A DNA stretch of 62,381 nt, filler included, from Chrysochromulina tobinii (lineage: Eukaryota): assembly GCA_001275005.1 (NCBI GenBank). It is 4 parts of 4 records of this genome, joined end to end, with 100 filler letters (N's around TTAATTAATTAA, not from the genome) between each part and the next. Parts side by side here need not be neighbours in the genome. Positions count along the whole stretch, not along the records: positions 1 to 16,775 come from JWZX01001245.1; positions 16,876 to 28,823 come from JWZX01001247.1; 2 more parts are not named here. One strand, written 5' to 3'. The notes beneath the pieces are model-generated. The model searched no databases and was not told the origin of the DNA. It saw nothing but the letters and a program-made list of their open reading frames with translations. The first letter of the stretch is position 1; every line of letters begins with the position of its first letter. Below, piece by piece: positions 10,110 to 20,838 of the stretch. A program made the translations under genes and the position numbers.

Positions 10110-11108
10110 GCGAGTGGTGGCAGCGGTGGCGGCGGCGATGACGCGGGTGGCGGAGGCGCGGGGTGTCGGGCCGACACCCGACAGTGTGGCTAGAGCGTGA
10201 TCGCGGCACACCGCCACGTACGGAAGGGAACTTGAGGGGAGAGACGAGCGGAGCGCGAGCGGTCGTGTGTCGTGCGGTGGTGCGTGAGTGAGTTTTATCC
10301 CCGATCTGTGCACGATCCGGGCATCGTAAGGAGACGGTGCGCTCAAGGCTGCAGGTGGTTCATAGCGGCTCCGAAAGGCGCCAGAACATTAACTTACTCA
10401 TATCCACATGGGTCGGGACAGGGCCTCGCCTCTTGACGCTGCACGCTCCCGCGTTCAAGTACGGAGCGCAACGCGCAGTGCGCGTCCGGTGTGGCTGCGG
10501 CGACGGCGTGCGATCATTACCATGTTCGTGACGGCCGCGCCGGCCGCCGCAGACGTGCCTGCCGCTGCGCTTGCAGATGGAGAAGATGTCCGAGAATCCG
10601 CGGCTGCGGCGCCCTTGCTCTCCGTCGTGGGCGGCAAAATCGAAAATGGGCGTCACTCTCTACCGGCCGGCTACATTTCTACATGCGTGGCATGATTTCG
10701 AGACAGAGTGCGTCGTGGCGCAATCTCGACCATCGCCGATTTCAGTAGCCGATCAGCGAGCCCTTCGACTCGGGCGCCACGCTGCATGTCGTGTCACCGC
10801 GACCCGGCCGGCGTGCCAGGCTCCATCACGCTGATCGTCGAGTTTGCCTGCGAGGACGTCCGAGATGCTCGATTGAGTGGGCGCAGCGCGTCTCGGGCGT
10901 CCATGTCTGCCATCCCTCGTAACCTACCGGGCAACACGGGCTTCCCGCCCGCAGCCGCCGGCGGCAATGGCATCACTTTCAGGCTGCGTGGTCCCCCCCA
11001 TTGGTGACTGGTCTCTCTCTCTATGATTAAGATTATATTTCATTTACCCCGCGCCCCCGCCCCGCCCGTACCTCCATCGCGCACCAACACGGGTCACGGC
11101 GGCGCGTG

Positions 11109-11928
11109 CTATAACGACACCTTGAGACCGTGGACAGACTCTGGCTTCGCAGGTGCAGGTGCAGCCGTCGTGTACACCTGGCGAGCAGGTCGTCTAGGTG
11201 CAGCGGCGTGCGCAACAAGGCGCAGCAGCGTCACCAGGATCCAGGTTCTTACCAACCCTACCCTCACACACGCGTTAGCGCATGGCGTTCTCGTCACGTC
11301 CTTGAGGAAGAAAACCATGGCAGTCGGAACCTGTGCGCTGTGAGCGAGCTTAGCGGGCCATCTCGATGGCCGCGGGGGGGGCGCCACCGGCCGCGGCCGG
11401 CGGGTGAACCGCGCAGCCCGGTTCCGGATAGCAGGCGATGCAGCAGTAGGCGCACACGCACTGAGGGACTGCGGGCGCACGGGGGGCGCGCGTGCACGCA
11501 ATCACTCAAAATGAACTGTGTGACAGAGGGTCTGTGACAGAGGGAAACGTGAGGGGCAAAGCAGGCGTACGCCTCGTCCCAGGGCCAAAGGGGAGCTGGA
11601 TAATGTCCTTGCAGCAGAGGATCTGACCAGATGCCGAGAACAGGTTCTTCATATCGGGGTTCTTCTTCAAGCCCGAGGTGCACACGCCCAGGCCAAACTT
11701 GCAGATGTAGTCGTCCCCCTTGATTACGCCGACTGGCATCGGGGGGTCGTTCCAGGCGAGGCAGCACGTCTGCTCAATCAAGACGCAGGTGCAATCGCCA
11801 CGGCCGAGGATGGGGATGCTCTTCCAAGCGAACGGTGCGCTTGGATCTTTGAGAAAAACCAGTGCGCACTGCCTGGTCCAGCAAATGAGGCCATCGCAGA
11901 GAAGGAAGTCTTTATCTTGGTTCGCCAT
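11109..11928 (-). CDS. Small Cys-rich hypothetical protein, probably spliced (3' exons uncertain)
   Basis: The first exon from ATG 11928 (MANQDKDFLLCDGLICW...EQTCCLAW...CKFGLGVC...ILCCKDIIQLPFGPG) has coding-like composition. Downstream segments VPTAMVFFLKD and VYTTAAPAPAKPESVHGLKVSL follow candidate AG acceptors. Confidence 0.5.
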
Positions 11929-12582
11929 TCTTGATCGCGAATGGAGTTCGGGGGTCGAAGTGCGGCAAATTGGAATGTGCAAGTTGAACCATAACCACTT
12001 TTCATCGGTGTCGTACGAGTACCGTTAAAAGGCACCGGGGGAGCCGGTACTGTGCAGAATTTAATAAATACTTGTAAATAACAGGTCTGTATGAGGTTCG
12101 TGCCGAAACCTCCTTCCACAGGCGTTCACAGTTCTAGCCGGAGGGAGCAAGCCCCCTCGCAGCATCTTCAAAAAAAGGATAAAAAGTCGAGCACTTCTTG
12201 AAGATGCTGCGGGCACATCGGCGCCTCTTGGCCCGGTGCCTCACTTCCACAGCAATTCTTTTGCTTTTGCTGCAGCCTTTGCGGCGGCTGCTGCGGCGCG
12301 AGCGCGCGACCACCCTTCTCCTGCCAGTCGCCGGCAGGCAGGCCAGCCTTGCTGCGGTCACCGCCATGGCCACCCTTGCGCTGCCTTGCGGTAGCCTTGC
12401 GGATGTATGTCCTCACCATGAGGGGCTGCAGCCAAGGTGCTGGGTCGCACCGGAAGCGAAGGTGTGCGCGAGGGGTTTCGTGAAAAACGTTGGAACGGCT
12501 GTTTGCGGACTTCGCTTTGCCGATGCAAGCCGAATTTCTGCGGTTTGGGGGTCTACGTTTCGAGATCTGTCGATTGGCACCC

Positions 12583-12695
12583 TGCATTGTTGTGCATAGT
12601 CTCGCTAATCATGCGTAATAACGATGGTAATCAAGTTGCCCCGCAGACGCGAGAGCACCCCTGTCGCCGTTACACCCCCGTCGACTAGAACCCTT
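12583..12695 (+). repeat. Dispersed repeat, copy 1 (core GATGGTAATCAAGTTGCCCCGC.GACGCGAGAGCACCCC..TCGCCGTTACACCCCCGTCGACTA)
   Basis: Near-identical to 50047-50156; the 19-nt core also occurs at 16742-16760. Confidence 0.85.
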
Positions 12696-13466
12696 GCACA
12701 CGGCAGAGAACACACGGGCGCACACGGGCTCCACACGGATCACAGACGAACCTCACAACCATCCCCCCAAAAGGTAAAATGACACCGGGCACCCGCCCGC
12801 GCGCGCCAAGGCCCGCGCGCGACCGCGCGTTCACAACCAAGGGTTCACAACACCTCTATAGCAGGCTCCGCCTAGGCTCCGCCTAGGCTCCGCCTTTAAC
12901 GTACTCCGCCCATGACTCGGCCTCTCGCAGATCGGCGGTCACCATCACGCACGGCCTGAACGACGAGCACTTACTTCAAGGATGCACCCTGAGACCGTGA
13001 AGCGGCGGCCTGCAACAGCGGCTGGCCACCAACCGCTGGAAGAAGTGGGCCAAGCACAGTGATGAGCAGCAGTCGACCAGCAATCAGCTGCCCGGGTTCG
13101 TGTGTCCCGTGTGTGTCCCGGCTCGGTCCGAGAGTGACACGCGACCTGACTACGCCGACGCCCAGCGCCGCGGTCACCCCCTTGGGTCACCCGGTGACCC
13201 TACTGGTTTTCTGGTCTCCCCCACCTTCGACCGCGCGCTGCGAGCACTCGGTAAGCACGACCACCCATGACTCCACCCGGTATGGCCTCTCGCGGTCCTC
13301 CCCCCGAACCTTCCTTGCACACCATCGCGCGGCTATCTTGGCAGCCGTCGTTCTCCGGATTCAACTACAATGTACCAAACTCCTCGCCGCTCCCGGCCTC
13401 CCGCCATGAGCTTCAAGCTCACCATGGGCATGTCGCCCTTCTAAACCGCCCCCGCGCGGCACCCAG

Positions 13467-13550
13467 ACACATTCACACATTCACACATTCACATATTCAC
13501 ACGCTGTACTGTGTGGTCCTGTTTCAAATTCACACATTCACACATTCACA
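13467..13550 (+). repeat. Short (CACATTCA)n simple repeat clusters
   Basis: Direct reading: cacacattcacacattcacacattcacatattcac and ttcacacattcacacattcaca. Confidence 0.75.
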
Positions 13551-13768
13551 TGACGGGAAACACGTGTGTATGCAAGAATCATGCTTCGAGTCGAAAACGC
13601 ATGCACATCCCATCATACACGGAATCGGCATCGACGCAGAAGAGTCTGTGACTCTTTGCGCTGGCCAAGGCTGCTGAGCCTCTCGGCACTCCACCCCATT
13701 CCATTCGTCCCTTTGCCCTTGCGCCATCAAAGGTATGTTCTTTGCTCTGAGCAGACTGTGGCGATATC

Positions 13769-15015
13769 ATGAGTATCCCGCCATATCTCGAGGCGGCACG
13801 CGACGCTGCGATGCTCGCGTACCTTCGGTCCGAGAGCGACGATCGCGGCGTGCGCATTTGCCATGCGAATAATCTGTCCGTCTATTGGAGCGGTGCCGAC
13901 CCCTTTGAAGCTGAGCGCACGCCGGCCGTACGTCTGCCGCGCCTGCTCGGCGCGAGTGACATTGCAGAAGTGCATCAAGCCGCTGCTGGCCGGATCTCTG
14001 GAGGAGCGCCTGTGGTGATTTTGCCTGTGGGCGACGCGGCATCCGTGGAGGAGCGCGCGGCCGCGGCTGGCGCGGCCGGCAGCGCTCCTGCGCCGCCGGC
14101 GCAGTGGCAGTGCACGGGAGGGCGTCCGCCTTTGGCCGAGCTGCTGCGCCGGCGTCGCGCGACGGAGGCAGTGTGTGCAGAACTAACGGACCAGCCATAC
14201 GACGTCGTGTACTCCCCGGAGCACGTCGCGTGCTACCTCCACCGCGAGGCCATGTTTTCCAAGGCGTGCCCGCGGCTCCTCCTCATGCTTGTCGACGCCA
14301 TGACGGGAGAACACCCGGGCCTGCTCCCCACAAAGGTGCCTCTGCATGTGCGGTGCGTCGAGCTGCACGCGTACTCGAAAGGCGGAGCCCTGCTCGATGC
14401 GGGCCACCGGGACAATGGCTCCAAGCGCACCCTCATTGTTCAGCTATCGGAGGTGCGCGATGCCTCAGCGCCCCCTGTTCGAAGCCCCTCATCGGCTGCC
14501 CCTCCCCTCCGGCTGCCCCTCCCCTCCCATTCCCGATGATGAGAGTTCATGAACTTTAGCGGGTTCCTCTGACTGCCACTGTGAGGACCGCACATGAATA
14601 GTCCTGAGGACCTCTGCCCGTCGCCACACTGCGCTCCATGCACTTGCCGCTCTCCCCTCTCCCCTGCTCCTCCCCCACCCTGCTCTCGCCCACCCTGCTC
14701 TCGCCGCTCTCCCCCACCCTGCGCATGCCCGGCTCCCGAGCTCTTGCTGCGCGATGTCATTCACGCGTGCTCGCTTGCCGTGTGTCATTCACGCTCGGTC
14801 GCGTGCCATGCCTGCAGGCGGCAAGCTTCGAAGGTGGCCATTTCGTCACGTGGCATGAGGGACAGCCTGTGCTGCACGAGCTGCAGGCAGGCGATGGCGT
14901 ACTCATTCACTCGGAGCGGATGCACAACGTGGCGCCTGTAACGCGAGGCGTGCGCCACTCGCTTGTCATCGAGCTGTGGGTGGCTCCCGACAACAAACAG
15001 GATCGTTTCAGCTGA
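13769..15015 (+). CDS. 2-oxoglutarate/Fe(II)-dependent oxygenase (prolyl 4-hydroxylase/PKHD-like); exons 13769-14452 and 14818-15015
   Basis: HxD motif (GHRDNGS) in exon 1. Exon 2 gives FEGGHF, distal His (MHNVAPV) and RxS (VRHSLVIELW). GT-AG intron 14453-14817 joins the two in frame. Confidence 0.88.
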
Positions 15016-15320
15016 GGACGCGTTCTTGAGCCGGCAAGATGGCGTTTTTCGAAAATGCAGGAGTGAGGCTGGAGTACCGATGTAGCGGCGGCTGCGGCGG
15101 TCGGGACCCACACGTTACAAGCGGTGGTAAAGCGCGTGGCTGTCCTGTAACGTCAGCGCTCACCACGACGTTTTTTTCTACTGTAAAGGGACGACCCGCG
15201 AGGGTAGGCTGTGTCTCCACGGGACCTCCGGGCAATAACAGTGCGGTACCGGAAGCACCGGTTGTCGCGTGCGTCGTGTTTGTTCACGTTCACGCAACAA
15301 ACAAGACCCAGAAACTGCCC

Positions 15321-15959
15321 ATGGCTCACGAGCACTGCATGCTCTGGGCCAAGCTTCGCGAGTGCGATCACAACGCAGAGGCCATGCGGGCCATCTGCAG
15401 GCCGGCTTGCGTCACGGCACAATCCGGCCACCTGCCAATGCTCCCATACGCTTTGCATGATCTGATGACGATTCCGCCAACCGCTAGCGTTGAGCTAAAG
15501 AGCGACATGACGAGCGCGTTGTGCACGCTTTCGCACAGCCCCGACCAGGGGGCATCTTGGATGATGGATCGACCGTCTGGTCTGGAAGCTGTCGACCAGA
15601 ACGGGATGGTGCAAGTCATTTTGATAACGTCGTGCATTAAGTACGAATTACGCGCTGACGGGCAGACCAGGATCATCAAAACAAACTCGCGTACTGGCGT
15701 ACCGCGCGTGTCCAACCCGCAGGAGAAAATGCAGCCGAGCGAAGAGTACATTAGCTGGCAGCCGCATAAGCTCGCCCAATTCGCCCAGCTACTGCTCGCC
15801 AAGCGCTTCACCCCTTTGGAATCCTTCATCGCCGTTCTCTTGGCCGTGTGCGCCTTTGTAGCTACGGCCCTAATGCGGCACCGCATCGCGAACCCAGCCT
15901 CAGGCAGTCTCGGGTCAAAGAGGATCGCACAGGGCAAGCCCAAGGCGCATCGGCATTAG
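15321..15959 (+). CDS. Hypothetical protein with a C-terminal transmembrane helix
   Basis: ORF from ATG 15321 (MAHEHCMLW...). Hydrophobic segment FIAVLLAVCAFVATALM. No recognisable domain. Confidence 0.5.
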   Translation: MAHEHCMLWAKLRECDHNAEAMRAICRPACVTAQSGHLPMLPYALHDLMTIPPTASVELKSDMTSALCTLSHSPDQGASWMMDRPSGLEAVDQNGMVQVILITSCIKYELRADGQTRIIKTNSRTGVPRVSNPQEKMQPSEEYISWQPHKLAQFAQLLLAKRFTPLESFIAVLLAVCAFVATALMRHRIANPASGSLGSKRIAQGKPKAHRH

Positions 15960-16106
15960 TTAGAAGCGGAGCACCAACGTGCTCAGGCAAGGGGCAGGGA
16001 GGCTCAGGGCTCGACGGCGGTTGGCCGCCCGCCGCTGCCTGCGCCTAAAGCTTCCTCCAAAGCCGCGACGGTGGGGTCTGTGTCCAGCAGGGAAGCCGCG
16101 ACGTAG

Positions 16107-16569
16107 GCCAAGTTGGAGGAGTATCCGGCCTCGTCGACCTTGGCCAAGGTGGAAGCGCACGCGACCTATCTCACGTCCTCAGTGCTACTATTCACGATTG
16201 CGGTCCTTATGGTCTCGTTCACCGTTAACTACGTCAAGGGTTTCGTCTTTGGGATCTTATGGTCTCGTTCGCCGTTACCTACGTTAAGGGTTTCGTCTTT
16301 GGGATCTTCTGGTCTCGTTCGCCGTTACCTACGTCAAGGGTTTCGTCTTTGGGATCTTCTGGTCTCGTTCGCCGTTACCTACGTCAAGGGTTTCGTCTTT
16401 GGGATCTTCTGGTCTCGTTCGCCGTTACCTACGTCAAGGGTTTCGTCCCTGGGATAACGTCAAGGGTTTCGTCCCTAAGATTACGTCCTCATCGCAGCGC
16501 TGATCTCGGGCATGTACATCATCGCGGCGGCCGGCATGCAGTTCTTCCTCGCCGCGCGGCACGTTTGAC
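16107..16569 (+). pseudogene. Gene fragment encoding two hydrophobic helices, split by a tandem-repeat intron (16240-16479); no clear start
   Basis: Splicing GT16240..AG16479 joins ...VLLFTIAVLMVSFTVNYVK to DYVLIAALISGMYIIAAAGMQFFLAARHV*. The upstream frame has an in-frame TAG at 16104. Confidence 0.45.
16211..16478 (+). repeat. 50-bp minisatellite, about 5 copies
   Basis: Unit GGTCTCGTTCGCCGTTACCTACGTCAAGGGTTTCGTCTTTGGGATCTTCT at 16211, 16261, 16311, 16361 and 16411, then partial copies. Confidence 0.95.
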
Positions 16570-16775
16570 CTGAAGACGATAATACTGGAGAATACAATGC
16601 AGAGTTGAGACATTGTGAGAGAGAACGGAACGGACCCGCCGCGCACAGCGAGTCGGCAGCCGACGCCACATACAGATGAGGCCGGGCGCCCGGGTAGTCG
16701 ACGGCCTCTTGGGAAGTGACGGGGGTGCTCTATAGAGGGGGGGTAATCAAGTTGCCCCGCGCGCGTAGCGCGCGG

Positions 16776-16875
16776 NNNNNNNNNNNNNNNNNNNNNNNNN
16801 NNNNNNNNNNNNNNNNNNNTTAATTAATTAANNNNNNNNNNNNNNNNNNNNNNNNNNNNNNNNNNNNNNNNNNNN
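16776..16875. other. Artificial contig-join spacer (N-run with TTAATTAATTAA)
   Basis: 100-nt block of Ns with a central 12-mer that gives stops in all six frames; same structure in all three gaps. Confidence 0.97.

Positions 16876-16882
<7 letters not shown>

Positions 16883-16941
<59 letters not shown>
16883..16941 (+). repeat. (CT)n microsatellite, probably intronic
   Basis: Direct reading; followed by a CAG acceptor near 16975. Confidence 0.9.
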
Positions 16942-16943
<2 letters not shown>

Positions 16944-16975
16944 GCGCGGAGCTCCTCTCACCTGCGCGCTCTCAG

Positions 16976-17182
16976 GCGGCTTCGTTGGGCGCGGAGTTGA
17001 ACGCACTCGAGGCTGAGGTGGAGGAAGTGGCTGAGGTGGTCGCAGCGGTCGCGGCGGGGGCGGCGGGGGGCATGCAGCTGCCCGATGTGCAGCTGGATGT
17101 TGAGCCGTACGCGACGGTAGCGGATGCGGCGGCGGCCAAAGATGCTGGCATGGACCCAGCCCTCGTGTGGGCAGAAGGCTGA
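16976..17182 (+). CDS. Terminal exon of a gene truncated by the assembly gap
   Basis: After the CT tract and ctctcag, the frame reads AASLGAELNALEAEVEEVAEVV...DPALVWAEG* with GC3-rich codons. Confidence 0.45.
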   Translation, partial: AASLGAELNALEAEVEEVAEVVAAVAAGAAGGMQLPDVQLDVEPYATVADAAAAKDAGMDPALVWAEG

Positions 17183-17522
17183 ACGGTTCAGACGACTGTT
17201 CGTGTCGTGACGTGTCTAAAGTTCCCCCCCCCGCCCCCGTACATCGCATGTACACAACGGTATCGAAATCGGTATCCCCCCAACGCCCAAGGTTCTGGAC
17301 GTATTTGAAATAGTTACAGAGTTTAACAAACCCGATAACCCCACACGCCAGAACGTGACCCGATGAGCCGCATAGGGCCTCTTGATCCCTCAATGGACGT
17401 CCCCAGCCGGTCCCCAGCCGGTCTCCAGCGGTCCCCAGCTATCCATGATTGAAGTCCGTGCCCAGCTCAGTCCACACACTCCGACCGGCTGCGGGGATTG
17501 CCCCCTCACTCTGCTCGGGATC

Positions 17523-20032
17523 TCACTTGCCGAGGAGGGCGGGCAGGCAGGCGGAAACGACACCTCCGAAGAGAGGCGCGAGAAAGGAAGCGATCCACAC
17601 GGGCGAGGTGAGAGAGCTCACATCGGCGGAGAGTATCGCGCCTCCGAGGAGGGAGGCGCCGTTGTAGGCGCCGAAGGTGGTGGCGAGCGCGAAGAAGCCG
17701 ACGGCGAAGCCGAGGTCGCCTGGCGCGTACTTGTACAGCCAGCCGAGCGTCAGGCCCCACAGCGTGCCGTGGAGCGCCGCCGAGCTGACCGACTCATCGT
17801 CGACGCCGCCGATCGTGCCACCGAGGAGCCAGGCCGACACGGCGCCGGCGGCGAGCGCGCCGAGAGTTAGTACGAGGAGCTTTTTGACGAACCCGAGGAC
17901 GTCGACGCCTTCCCCGAACAGGCGGTAGGCTGAGATGGCTGGGAAGAGATCGGCGCGGTCCGAGCTGAAGATCATGTGAATCACGAGCATCACGGCGACT
18001 GAGTACGCGAGATCATCGGAGACGCCCGAGGCTGAGAGCACTATGAGGAAGGAGCCGACGAACTCGGTCACCGACAGGCCCGCCTTGTTGTACAGATCGA
18101 AGCAGAGCTCGCGCGTGAGCATGCGGGACAGCATGGCGGAACAGAGTCCGCCCACCATCGGAGCGATCACGTGCAACAGCATCGCGATGAGCTCATCGGC
18201 GTCAAAGTCGAAGCCCGAGCCTAGCAAGCCGTTAGCGACATAGACGCCCAGCACGGTGGCGGGATTGCCGATGGAGCCTGCGGCAACACTGAAGATCGCA
18301 AGGAGCGCAAAGTAGGCGAGGCCCGCCGATTCGCCGCCGATCCCGTACACACGCATCAGCACCGCCACTAACAGGATCTCCGCGACGGGGGAAGTAAGGA
18401 GCCCGGGTGACGAGAACTCAGCTGCGAGGCCCGCCCACAAGGCAAAGAGGCCGCCGGCGACCGAGCCGGCGATCTGGAAGAAGATCTTGGCGAGATTGCT
18501 CGACGTGCTGGGTACGAGCAGCGCCGGGTTGAACGTGCCTCCCTTGTAAGCGGTCGAGAGCGCGGCGACCATCGCGCCGAGGGTGAGGGCAGGGGTGGCC
18601 GAGCCCGAGGCGAGCGTGACGAGGACCACGAAGCGCCGATGGCCTCGTTGACGTTGGCGTCAGTCGTGCCGTAGACGATTCCGGCAATGACGGCAGCGGC
18701 GAGAGGTACGAGGGGGGCCGTTGTGACGGCAAGACTGCCGCCACCGCCGAAGCCAATCATGCCGCCGACGACGGTGCCGAGATGAAGCGCGGGGTTGAAC
18801 GAGGAGTCGAACGACGAGATGCTTGCAAAGTAGCCGAGGGCGGCAACGGTCGTATTCGCCTTCCCACCGAACGAGAGGTAGAGTACGCTGAGCACGAAGG
18901 CAAAGATGGCCTCGAGGGCGGCCGACGAGCCGAGCGAAGACGCTTCGGGCACGGCTGCGGAGATCCCCACAAAAGAGCCAACGATCGCGGCGAGGAGCAC
19001 GCCGACAGTTTGACTGAGGACGATCAGGATTGGGTCGAACCAGTCGACGAACTTTTTGGCCTTCACCCACTTGGCGATCGTGACGGTCGGGTTCAGGTCG
19101 GCCGTTGGGACGAGCGTATGGGCCGTGAGTAATGCTACTCCCACCGCGAGCGGTGCGAGGGCGTCGTCGGACGAGCTAATCGAGAAGTAGAGGAGGCCGA
19201 AGAAAAAGGTACCGAGTAGCTCAGGCATCATGGCCTTATTGATCCCGTCGGTGAGCTTCGGAAGGACCTCGCTCATCAGGTTGAGCAGTACTGGCGAGAG
19301 CGCTGCCGTCGCTAACGGTGCGCCCACCGCCACGATCGTGCCCATGCCCAGGTCGAGGCTGCCGCCCGTCGCGGCGTTCGCGAGGACAACGCCGAGGACG
19401 ATCGAGGCGTTGGCGCCAAACTGCGACGCTAAGGCGGAAAGGGAGGCGAAATAGACGAGGCCCTTGTCGAGGCCGCTGGTCGAAGACTTCCACGTCATGA
19501 TGACGATCAGGGTGAGGAGGGCGTCGGTGAGGCCCGCGCTGAGGTCGCCGGCGCCGTCGGATGAGACTGAGGACGACATGAGCTGAGAGGAGACGAGGGT
19601 AGCCACGCTGCACGCACGCACACGGGGGAGACAAGTGCACGCACGCAGGTGCAAACGTCGCGCGCAGTGGTGAGATTCGCGGGCGCATGCTTCGTGCTGA
19701 GGTTGGATATTGGGCTGGGTTCGATGGGCTCTGCGCGCATACGCGGCTCCAGCGACCTGTCCGAGGATGGCGAGGAGGCCGCTCCGAATCGACGAGGACG
19801 GACTCGAACCGACCATGCTTGCGACCGTCACGGCCGGGTTGTAGTGCCCATCAGCCTCCCACCAGCAGAAGAAGGACACCATACCGCCAACAGCCAGGTT
19901 TTTATCGAGGCCGCCTGTCGCGCCGAAGAGGGCGAATGCTAGGAAGCAGGTGCCGATCGCCTCGTTGAGGATCGCGTGTATGCCACCGACGGCACCGGTC
20001 TCTAGGTCGATATAACCTTTGCTCGAGGGCAT
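17523..20032 (-). CDS. Aquaporin/major intrinsic protein with four tandem MIP domains (~790 aa); intron 19608-19742; 1-nt frameshift near 18632
   Basis: Eight regularly spaced NPA-like boxes (NPA, NAS, NPT, NPA, NPA, NPA, FPA, NGA). Four helix-1 motifs (EAIGTCFL, ELLGTFFF, EAIGAFVV, EFVGSFLI). Four helix-6 P motifs (GAPLATA, LVPLAAA, IAPMVGG, LAPLFGG). An in-frame 135-nt GT-AG intron removes a non-hydrophobic insert. Confidence 0.85.
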
Positions 20033-20838
20033 TGCTCACGTTGTCTGACTGACGGGGAGGGATTGACTGGACAGTGATGGACTGGATGGGGGAAGAATGG
20101 AGAGTGCGACAATCGGGTTGCAGCCCCTCGACGAATTTCTGTGCACGGTTTGGGGCTTTCGGGTTCGGGGCGACGACTGACTTTTTTCCGTGGTGTGACT
20201 TTCAAGAAGTCCTCCCCGGTCTTCCTTTCCAAATACATGTATCCATGCATGCGTATATCGACCGATACACTCCTACCGCGTTGCTTCCAGAAATGAGAAA
20301 AACAATGCTCTTTAATGCTCTTGGCGGCCTGATGCCCTGATCTACCCTAGAGTCCCTCTGTGATTATACCAAACGAGTACGGCGCGCGGTTTCTATCGCG
20401 AGATACGAGTGAGGAGTTAAACGTGTCGTCGAAAACACGACGTTCGCGCGCGGCGGCCGGAGAGGGGCGAGACCGAGAGAGAAGTATCATTCTGTTCTCA
20501 GAGGAGAGAGCTGAGACGTGAGAGGAACAAACGAAAGAGGAGGTAGAGGACGCCACGCGACGACCGCCCAAGACCGCGCGCCACGGCGAGTACGCCAGTA
20601 CGCGAGAGAGAGAGAGAACTCGGTGATATTCGTCGCCCACATTAAAGCTGTTTTCCTTCGAATTTTCCACCGCGACAAACACAGACGCCGCTCGCCGGCC
20701 AGGTCCGCCGCACGCACGCGCGCACGCAGGGACGGTGCTGCACATAGCCTGCCCCGCTTCGAGAGTGCTCGGGTCGACGAGCCTCTCGGTCCAGCCTGCT
20801 CTCGGTCCTCCCACTAGAAAAACGCTCTGCGCGGCCGC

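Noticed and set aside
10360..11007. Possible small spliced gene between the chromatin gene and the Cys-rich gene
   Set aside because: Short ORFs on both strands, but no consistent exon chain or recognisable motif.
16211..16478. CRISPR-like array
   Set aside because: Units are contiguous with no unique spacers, the context is eukaryotic and there are no cas genes.
16820..16831. TTAATTAATTAA inside the N-runs as a piggyBac-like TTAA site or biological palindrome
   Set aside because: Identical and centred in all three 100-nt N blocks; it is an artificial six-frame-stop linker.
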